Source: an uncultured Staphylococcaceae bacterium (lineage in GTDB: Bacteria > Bacillota_I > Bacilli_A > RFN20 > CAG-826). Taken from it: DNA of 64,000 nucleotides. The DNA is taken from contig CAZDEE010000001.1 of the NCBI GenBank assembly GCA_964504595.1, positions 72,983 to 136,982 of the forward strand, written 5' to 3'. The notes below the pieces were generated by a model, which had not been told where the DNA came from, did not search any database, and was given only the letters and a program-made list of their open reading frames with translations. Shown one piece after another: positions 57,171 to 64,000 of the stretch; the first letter of the stretch is position 1, and each line of letters starts with the position of its first letter. A program made the translations under genes and the position numbers.

Positions 57171-59116
57171 TATTTTCTTTCCTCCATAAAGCTATCATTG
57201 ACAGTAAAATCAATATTTTCTTCAATCCATTGTTTTCTTAAACTAGAATCTTTTCCCATTAAAATACCGATTCTTTTTTCAACGAGTAAAGGATCTTCAA
57301 TTCCAACTTTTATAAGTGTTCTTGTGCTCGGATTCATTGTGGTATCCCACAATTGCTCTGCATTCATTTCACCTAAACCTTTATAACGAGAAATTTGATA
57401 TCCAGGACCGATCTTTTTCTTAGCTTTTTCTAAATCATCATCATTCCATGCATATTCAAAAACTTCATGTTTCTTATCTTTCCACTTATACACCTTATAA
57501 AGAGGTGGAACAGCCACGAATATCTTGCCATTTGTAACAAGAGAACGCATATAATGATAGAAAAAAGTCAAAAGTAATGTTTGAATATGAGCACCATCGG
57601 TATCAGCATCGGTCATGATAATAATTTTTCCATATTTCGAATCATCTAATTCAAAATTTGCTCCAACACCCGCGCCAATGGTATTAATTAAAGTCGCAAA
57701 TTCTTCATTTTTCATCATTTTTTCCATTGTTACGGTATCTGTATTAAGAGGTTTACCTCTTAGTGGTAAAATAGCTTGATGTAAACGATCTCGACCTGTT
57801 CTTGCAGTTCCTCCTGCGGAATCTCCTTCGACAATAAATAATTCATTGTGTTTATAATCTTTTGATTGTGCCGGAGTTAATTTATCAGAAAGAATCATTT
57901 CTTGTTTTGGCTTTTTGCTATTTCTTGCTTCTTCTTTAGCTTTTCTAGCAGCCATACGAGCATTTAAAGAATCAATGCACTTTTTAATTAAAACAACAGC
58001 AAATTCTCTATTCTCTTCTAAATAATAACTCAATTGTTGATATATATAATTTTCAACAACTGGTTTTGCTTCAGGTGTACCTAATTTTCCTTTTGTTTGA
58101 CCTTCAAATTCTAGTTTATTTTCAGGAACTTTTAAAGAAATAATCGCGGTTAATCCTTCTCTAATATCCGAACCTTCAAGTTTTGTTTTGCCTCTTAATA
58201 AGCTGTTCTTTTCAGCAAAATCATTAACAGCGCGAGTAAAACCAGAACGGAATCCTGTTTCATGTGTACCGCCTTCTTTTGTTCTAAGGTTATTAACATA
58301 GGAATAAATTGTTTCATTATAATCTTGCTTACAATATTGAAAAGCTAATTCAACTTTTATATCAAGAGAATTATCTTCAAATGACACAATAGGACACATT
58401 GGATCTTTGTTTTGATTCAATAAACGAATGTATTCTGACATACCATCTTGATAATGGAATTTTTCTTCAAGATTTGCGCGTTCATCAACAAGAATAAAAG
58501 CCACATTTTTAAGCAAAAATGCCGATTCTTGAAGATGATTATAAATAACATCCCATTTAAATTCAGTAGTACTAAAAATTGATGCATCTGGTAAAAATCT
58601 TACTAATGTACCATGACGATTAGTTTTTCCTAATATTTCTGCTGGAACGACTAAATGACCACCATGTTCATAACGAGCGTGAGTAATAACTCCATTTCGA
58701 TATACTGTAACATCTAAAAATTCACTTAATGCGTTAACAACAGCGGCCCCTACACCATGTAGTCCACCTGCTGATTGATAAGCTCCTCCGCCAAATTTGC
58801 CACCAGCATGAAGAGTCGCATAAATTAATTCCAAGCCACTTTTATTAACCTTCTTATTCATTTCTGTTGGAGCACCACGTCCCTCATCTAGAACGCTAAT
58901 AGAGCCATCTTTATGAATTGTAACTTTAATTTCATTACCATACCCTGCCATCGCTTCATCAATTGCGTTATCAACAATTTCCCATACTAAATGGTGAAGT
59001 CCTGTAGAATTAGTTGATCCTATATACATTCCCGGTCTTTTTCTAACTGCTTCTAATCCTTCTAAAACGCTTAAGTCATTCGCGCTATAAGTTGCAGTTT
59101 TTTTTATATCCGACAT
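57170..59116 (-). CDS. parE: DNA topoisomerase IV subunit B (ParE)
   Basis: The ATPase N-domain (LEGLEAVRKRPGMYIGS) and a TOPRIM domain (EGDSAGG) are present. I placed the start at MSDIKK because of a GAGGGA RBS. Confidence 0.65.
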   Translation of the reverse strand: MSDIKKTATYSANDLSVLEGLEAVRKRPGMYIGSTNSTGLHHLVWEIVDNAIDEAMAGYGNEIKVTIHKDGSISVLDEGRGAPTEMNKKVNKSGLELIYATLHAGGKFGGGAYQSAGGLHGVGAAVVNALSEFLDVTVYRNGVITHARYEHGGHLVVPAEILGKTNRHGTLVRFLPDASIFSTTEFKWDVIYNHLQESAFLLKNVAFILVDERANLEEKFHYQDGMSEYIRLLNQNKDPMCPIVSFEDNSLDIKVELAFQYCKQDYNETIYSYVNNLRTKEGGTHETGFRSGFTRAVNDFAEKNSLLRGKTKLEGSDIREGLTAIISLKVPENKLEFEGQTKGKLGTPEAKPVVENYIYQQLSYYLEENREFAVVLIKKCIDSLNARMAARKAKEEARNSKKPKQEMILSDKLTPAQSKDYKHNELFIVEGDSAGGTARTGRDRLHQAILPLRGKPLNTDTVTMEKMMKNEEFATLINTIGAGVGANFELDDSKYGKIIIMTDADTDGAHIQTLLLTFFYHYMRSLVTNGKIFVAVPPLYKVYKWKDKKHEVFEYAWNDDDLEKAKKKIGPGYQISRYKGLGEMNAEQLWDTTMNPSTRTLIKVGIEDPLLVEKRIGILMGKDSSLRKQWIEENIDFTVNDSFMEERK

Positions 59117-59260
59117 ACTATCCCTCATTTCAAATTAAATATTTAAACATAGTTAACGTATATTTTTAATAAAAATCCGCAAATAATTATAACAAATAAT
59201 TATGGAAAAAAGAATAAAATTATTGTAAACTTAATTCTTGTTAGAAAGGAGAGGTTTTAC

Positions 59261-59938
59261 TTGGGAATACTACTCTTAATCATTATTCTTATTGTCGGAT
59301 ATATAATAGGGTCTATACCTACTTCAATTATCATTTCAAAAAAAGTAAAAAACATCGATATTCGTGAATATGGTTCCCATAATGCTGGAGGAACAAATGT
59401 CGGTCGAGTCTTAGGAAAAAAATATGGCGCTATTGTAATTTTACTTGATATGTTAAAGACTATTATCCCTGTTTGGACAGTATATTTATTATTAACTTAT
59501 ACTCCACTAAACAATCACTTGCTTAGCAATGAAGTCTCATTTTATATATATCCACTCGCGCTAATTATTTCTATTGGACATTGTTATCCCCTCTTTGCTT
59601 CATTTAAAGGTGGTAAAGCTGTTTCTACATGTGCAGGAACAATTTTAGCATTTTCACTTCCAATAACTTTATTTGCGGCACTATGTTATCTCATAATTTT
59701 AAAAATAAAAAAACATGTTAGTTTATCCTCTATAATTTGTTCAGTTATCTTATTTATTTTATCTTTCTTGGTTTTAGTTCCAGGAATTAATAATTGGATA
59801 TTATATCCTCCACTCAATCCTCACTTCATGTTAATTATTATTATGTTTCTTGAATCATTTCTTCTTATTGTTCGTCATTCATCAAACATTCAACGTCTAT
59901 TAAATGGTACAGAAAGTAAAATTAAATGGATGAAATAA
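59261..59938 (+). CDS. plsY: Glycerol-3-phosphate acyltransferase PlsY
   Basis: GSIPTS..IREYGSHNAGGTN..GR is the PlsY signature. A TTG start with an AGGAGAGG RBS. Confidence 0.8.
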   Translation: MGILLLIIILIVGYIIGSIPTSIIISKKVKNIDIREYGSHNAGGTNVGRVLGKKYGAIVILLDMLKTIIPVWTVYLLLTYTPLNNHLLSNEVSFYIYPLALIISIGHCYPLFASFKGGKAVSTCAGTILAFSLPITLFAALCYLIILKIKKHVSLSSIICSVILFILSFLVLVPGINNWILYPPLNPHFMLIIIMFLESFLLIVRHSSNIQRLLNGTESKIKWMK

Positions 59939-60067
59939 ATCAAAGTTGTTTTTTAGTAAATAATTAGTATTTATATAGTAATACGAATGAATTTGTTTAA
60001 AACTTGTTCATTCGTTTTTTACGATTGCTTCATATAATGAAAAAAGGAACGATTTCTCATTCCCAAT

Positions 60068-60307
60068 TTATTGATTTTTCTTCATACTATTCATGATTGC
60101 CCGAATTTGAGCTTCTGATGGCTTACGTCCCATTTGTTGAAACATAACCCGAATCATTTTCTCGTTAATCGGTGGATTCTTTTCAAGTTCCTTTTTAAAG
60201 AATTTTCTTGAAAGAACAAATCCAATAATTGCCCCGACTATTAAAATACCAATTAAAGTAAATATGTACGCGGCTGTTCCCATTGAAACTTCTGATAAAA
60301 TAATCAT
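60068..60307 (-). CDS. UPF0154 small membrane protein (YneF-like)
   Basis: One N-terminal TM helix is followed by the basic helical tail RKFFKKELEKNPPINEKMIR, as in YneF. Confidence 0.55.
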   Translation of the reverse strand: MIILSEVSMGTAAYIFTLIGILIVGAIIGFVLSRKFFKKELEKNPPINEKMIRVMFQQMGRKPSEAQIRAIMNSMKKNQ

Positions 60308-60459
60308 AATATCACCTCTGCAGTAAATATATTTTATAATAAATCGATTTTAAATACAATAAAAAATAACGAACTAGCAACCTTTAAAAGTGAGCGTTTT
60401 TTTATTTTTTAAGCAAATTTCAACAAAAAACTTATGAGTTTAACCCATAAGTTAAGATT

Positions 60460-60936
60460 TTATCTAAATGAAACGGTAACATTAATATCCGAATTTAAGA
60501 AATCTTGTACATAATATATAATTTGAGCGACTTCTAATTTTGTTTTTGTTTCGCTTATTGTTAATACATACGCTGAACTATCTTCATACAATTCCACAAA
60601 TGCACTTGGATAACCAGCATCAATAATGATATCTCGAATTGCTTTTTCATTTTCCATTGTTCCTTGTATTTTAGCAATAGTTTCTAAAGCAATTACTTTT
60701 TCAGAATTAGAATATTCACTTGATGAAACAATTTGATATTGTTCTTCAATAATTTCATTATAATTTTCTTCTTGCTCAAGCAATATCGTTTCAAAATATG
60801 GATCGCTTGCTTCGGTAACAAGATCAATTACTGGTTCTGTTTTTTCAGAAGCATTCCCGGGCATTAATACATAATAAATTGATAAAACTAATACAAGCGA
60901 AAACATTGATAAGAAAGCCACTAACTGTCGATTCAT
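60460..60936 (-). CDS. Membrane-anchored protein, possibly a SpoIIIAH/YscJ-like domain
   Basis: An N-terminal TM helix is present. The C-terminal segment AGYPSAFVELYEDSSAYVLTISETKTKLEVAQII...VTVSF resembles the SpoIIIAH C-terminal domain. I chose the start at MNRQ because of an AGGAGGAG RBS. Confidence 0.3.
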   Translation of the reverse strand: MNRQLVAFLSMFSLVLVLSIYYVLMPGNASEKTEPVIDLVTEASDPYFETILLEQEENYNEIIEEQYQIVSSSEYSNSEKVIALETIAKIQGTMENEKAIRDIIIDAGYPSAFVELYEDSSAYVLTISETKTKLEVAQIIYYVQDFLNSDINVTVSFR

Positions 60937-61055
60937 AATCATTCTCCTCCTACAATACGATAATATGCTACTACCTATCAAATAAGAACGATTATATTTT
61001 AAAATATTCTTTATGTTTTAATTTGTCGTTTAAAGTATATAATTAATAAATAAAA

Positions 61056-61082
61056 AAAGTGCTATAAAGCACTCTTATTTTA
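61056..61082 (-). terminator. Terminator downstream of efp
   Basis: On the minus strand: AGTGCTTTATAGCACT followed by TTTTTTTATT. Confidence 0.4.
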
Positions 61083-61086
61083 CTTA

Positions 61087-61644
61087 TTAAGCACGGCCAT
61101 CATATTCGCCATTATCGGTACGAACTAAGATGACTTCACCTTCAGCAATAAATAATGGAACACGAACTCTTAATCCGGTTTCAGTAACTGCTTCTTTCAT
61201 TGCTTTATTTACTGTATCACCTCTAACAGCTGGTTCACATTCAGTAACTTGTAAAGCAACACTTGTTGGTAAAGAAACACCCATAATTTCATCACCATAG
61301 AAAACGATTTGAACTTCTTCGTTTCCTTTTAAGAATTTTGATTCCCATTCTAAGCGTTCTTTGCTAATTTCAATTTGATCATAGGTGTCATTGTCCATGA
61401 AAACTAAAGCATCACCTGAATCATAAAGATATTGCATTTTCTTTTTGTCTAAACGAATTACTTCAACTTTATCGCCACCGATAAATGATAATTCTAAAAC
61501 TGCACCAGTACGAAGATTTTTCGCTTTAACTTTAACTTTCATTTTTGCCATTGCTGTTTTATTTAAGGCAATATCTAAACAGTTATAAACATTACCTTCA
61601 TATTCAAAGTTATTTCCTGGTCTTAATTCTGTAATATTAATCAT
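61087..61644 (-). CDS. efp: Elongation factor P
   Basis: 185 aa. MINITELRPGN and the KOW-like N-domain are present. The modified-Lys loop is region KVKAKNLRTG. Confidence 0.9.
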   Translation of the reverse strand: MINITELRPGNNFEYEGNVYNCLDIALNKTAMAKMKVKVKAKNLRTGAVLELSFIGGDKVEVIRLDKKKMQYLYDSGDALVFMDNDTYDQIEISKERLEWESKFLKGNEEVQIVFYGDEIMGVSLPTSVALQVTECEPAVRGDTVNKAMKEAVTETGLRVRVPLFIAEGEVILVRTDNGEYDGRA

Positions 61645-61672
61645 ATAAAATCTCTCCTTTAAATCATCTTAA

Positions 61673-62089
61673 TTATTCTAGCAAATTTTCGTACAATATG
61701 GAATAAAAAAATGTTCTAAAAGTAATAATTATGGTAAAAAATAACGATAATTCTCCAATAAAAGTCATTTTTATATAGTTATAACCCACTATTTTTAAGA
61801 ACAAATTTATTAAAATGAGAATTATAATCATCATTATTAATTGATAAGATAATTTAGAAATAATGGTTTTATTAAATAAAATAATTACTCCAAATAAGAA
61901 AAAGGCAATAAAAGTTCCTAAAAAAGCATAAATCCAACGATATATTAAATCTAATTTGATTAAAAACAAATTAATAAAAGATAATGGTGAAAAATTAAAG
62001 TAGTACAAAAACTCAATGAGTAATATAAATAAAACCGATAAGAATAAAGATGATGATGCTACTCTTTTTATATTCATAATTTCACCCAA
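61673..62089 (-). CDS. Polytopic membrane protein, unknown function
   Basis: 4-5 hydrophobic helices over 138 aa. Confidence 0.4.
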   Translation of the reverse strand: MGEIMNIKRVASSSLFLSVLFILLIEFLYYFNFSPLSFINLFLIKLDLIYRWIYAFLGTFIAFFLFGVIILFNKTIISKLSYQLIMMIIILILINLFLKIVGYNYIKMTFIGELSLFFTIIITFRTFFYSILYENLLE

Positions 62090-62115
62090 AAATATTTTAG
62101 GTAAAATAATAAATT

Positions 62116-62736
62116 TTATTCAAAATAAGGATTGTACTTTATTTCATCTTCCAAATATGTTGTTGGTCCATGTCCTGGAAAAACTTTCATATTTCCTTCT
62201 TTTTCATATAATTTTTTAAGTTTTGAAAGCGAAGAAAAAATTAAACGCCTGTTACCACTAAAAAGATCATATCGTCCAATTCCTCTTTTAAACAATGTAT
62301 CTCCGCTAAAAAGTGCGGGAATTGATTTCAAATAATAACAAACGCTTCCTTTTGTATGAAATGGAGTGTGAATTACTTGTATTTTTATATCATCAACTAT
62401 TAATTCATCATCTAGATAATTAATATCTTCCTTTAATTCATATTTATCATTAAATAAAGTCGAACAATTTTTATATTGATTACAAACTATTTCTTCCTCT
62501 TCATAATGAATATAAATTGGGCATTTAAAATAATTATGAAGTTTGCTTACTCCCATTATATGATCATAATGACCATGAGTTAACAATATTGCTTTTAAAA
62601 CAATCTCATTTTCATTTAAATAAGATATTAATTTCTCACTGTTAACTAAAGGATCGATAATAATCGCCGTCTTCTTACCCAAAATTAAATAAGAATTACT
62701 AAATATTTCATTGCCATTAAATACTTTTATTTCCAT
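62116..62736 (-). CDS. MBL-fold metallo-hydrolase
   Basis: LLTHGHYDHIMG is the HxHxDH metal-binding motif. Confidence 0.65.
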   Translation of the reverse strand: MEIKVFNGNEIFSNSYLILGKKTAIIIDPLVNSEKLISYLNENEIVLKAILLTHGHYDHIMGVSKLHNYFKCPIYIHYEEEEIVCNQYKNCSTLFNDKYELKEDINYLDDELIVDDIKIQVIHTPFHTKGSVCYYLKSIPALFSGDTLFKRGIGRYDLFSGNRRLIFSSLSKLKKLYEKEGNMKVFPGHGPTTYLEDEIKYNPYFE

Positions 62737-62774
62737 AAAATATTTCCTATAAATAAAAAAATAAGGTAAAACCC

Positions 62775-62924
62775 TTATTTCTTTTCTTTATGTACGGTTT
62801 TTTTGTTGCACTTTGGACAATATTTTTTAATTTCCATACGTTCTGGATGATTTCTTTTATTTTTAGTTCCAATGTAGTTTTCCATTCCACATTCTGTGCA
62901 ACGGAAGATGATGTTATCACGCAT
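62775..62924 (-). CDS. rpmG: 50S ribosomal protein L33 (not in the supplied ORF track)
   Basis: The reverse-strand translation is [49 protein letters not shown]. The Cys pairs CTEC and CPKC form the zinc ribbon. A GGAGGTG RBS sits 7 nt upstream. A hairpin plus T-run follows the stop. Confidence 0.8.
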   Translation of the reverse strand: MRDNIIFRCTECGMENYIGTKNKRNHPERMEIKKYCPKCNKKTVHKEKK

Positions 62925-63111
62925 ATTTGTACACCTCCGAATTTCATTCGCTATAACATATTAGCACAACAAAAGAATTATTTCTATATAATTTTTTAAA
63001 AATTTCAAGTAGAACGCTATTTTTTAATTTTAACAGTTAAAAAATTTCTTTTATTTCAATAATTAATGAATTAAAAACTAAAAAATGATATATTTTTCTT
63101 TGGTGATTATC

Positions 63112-64000
63112 ATGAAAAAAAGAACATTGACCCGTCAAATTAAAATTGGTAATTTGACATTAGGTGGTCAAAATAAAGTTATTATTCAATCAATGTGCAA
63201 TATAAAGACCTCTAATATCGATGATGTAGTTAATCAAATTTTAGAATTAGAAAAAATAGGTGTCGAATTAATTCGAGTCTCGATTATGGACAAAGAAGAT
63301 GCTTTCGCAATTAAGGAAATCAAAAAGCATATTCACATTCCCCTCGTTGCTGACATTCATTTCGACTATCATCTAGCTTTGCTCGCAATTGAAAACGGAA
63401 TTGATAAAATTAGAATAAATCCTGGAAATATTGGTAATATCGATTCTGTTAAAGCGGTTGTGGATAAATGTAAAGAGCATCATATTCCTATCCGCATTGG
63501 AGTTAATTCTGGTTCTTTGGATTCTCAATTTGCAAATAGTTCCTCAAAGGTTAAAGCTGAACAACTTGTATCCTCAGCAAAAAAACATATTGAAATTCTA
63601 GAATCATTAGGTTTTTATGACATTGTGTTATCTTTAAAAGGTAGTAATGTTCTTGAAACAATCGAAGCCTATCGTCTTGCATCATCAATGTTTGACTATC
63701 CTCTTCACTTAGGAATTACCGAAGCGGGAACTAAAGAAATTGGAATAGTTCGTTCTGTAGCCGGTCTGTCCCCATTATTAGAGGAAGGTATCGGTGATAC
63801 AATTAGAATTTCTTTAACCGCTGATCCTAAAGAAGAAGTAATAACTTGCAAACGTTTATTGCACGATTTAGGACTATATCCTAATTATCCTACATTAATA
63901 TCTTGTCCTACTTGTGGAAGAACAAACGTTAATTTATTCGAAATTGCAAGTAAAGTTGAAAGTTATCTAGAAACAATAAATTCACCAATTACAGTCGCTA
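63112..64000 (+). CDS. ispG: 4-hydroxy-3-methylbut-2-enyl diphosphate synthase IspG (GcpE); the 3' end lies outside the window
   Basis: RQIKIGNLTLGGQNKVIIQSMCN and the TIM-barrel region are present. The frame is open to the end of the window. Confidence 0.85.
   Translation, partial: MKKRTLTRQIKIGNLTLGGQNKVIIQSMCNIKTSNIDDVVNQILELEKIGVELIRVSIMDKEDAFAIKEIKKHIHIPLVADIHFDYHLALLAIENGIDKIRINPGNIGNIDSVKAVVDKCKEHHIPIRIGVNSGSLDSQFANSSSKVKAEQLVSSAKKHIEILESLGFYDIVLSLKGSNVLETIEAYRLASSMFDYPLHLGITEAGTKEIGIVRSVAGLSPLLEEGIGDTIRISLTADPKEEVITCKRLLHDLGLYPNYPTLISCPTCGRTNVNLFEIASKVESYLETINSPITVA

Noticed and set aside
54594-59116. Considered calling these gyrB-gyrA instead of parE-parC
   Set aside because: No GyrA-box (QRRGGKG) is visible in the A subunit. 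There are no dnaA/dnaN/recF neighbours. The adjacent plsY matches the B. subtilis plsY-parE-parC arrangement. The call is kept as topo IV with moderate confidence.
62747-62947. 66-aa minus-strand ORF from the track
   Set aside because: It is in a different frame from the true rpmG (L33) gene occupying the same DNA and has no recognisable family.

Overview
This is a low-GC (~30% by eye) Firmicute chromosomal segment, built almost entirely of core genes. The first ~44 kb is nearly all on the plus strand. The gene order reads like several Bacillus subtilis sporulation-associated neighbourhoods compressed together. In order: lon (3' fragment), engB, a SpoVID-like LysM protein, a YsxE/CotS-like protein, valS behind a T-box leader, a small membrane ORF, radC, minC, minD, spoIVFA-like, spoIVFB-like, then a probable L-box riboswitch in front of an amino-acid ABC transporter. 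This is followed by rplU, prp and rpmA, a GT2 glycosyltransferase sitting exactly where spo0B would be, obg, ruvA, ruvB, YrzE/YrbG-like genes, a SpoVB-like flippase on the minus strand, secDF, recJ, rel, hisS behind a T-box leader, aspS, tkt, a sirA-like ORF, asp23, nusB, xseA, xseB, dxs, recN, spoIVB, spo0A, dinB, xerD and deoB. The remaining ~20 kb is mixed. It holds a Crp/Fnr regulator and an ABC binding-protein/permease pair with no ATPase, and an orphan MazF-fold ORF with terminal extensions inside an AT-rich islet. On the minus strand are yqeG, yqeH, yqeI and a fused nadD::yqeK. Then come an uninterrupted sigK with a sigmaE/K-type promoter, a zinc-ribbon membrane protein, two tandem MORN-repeat proteins, parE and parC, plsY, yneF, a SpoIIIAH-like ORF, efp, an MBL hydrolase, rpmG (missed by the ORF track) and a 5' partial ispG. 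I found no rRNA, tRNA, CRISPR array, IS element or integrase. The best candidates for undescribed biology are the stand-alone MazF-like gene in its AT-rich islet, the Zn-ribbon plus double-MORN cluster next to sigK, the nadD–yqeK fusion, the Cys/His-rich tail on HisRS, the GT2 in the spo0B slot, and the RBS-embedded terminator switch in front of the small ORF coupled to radC. All identifications are by eye from conserved motifs and synteny; no database search was run.
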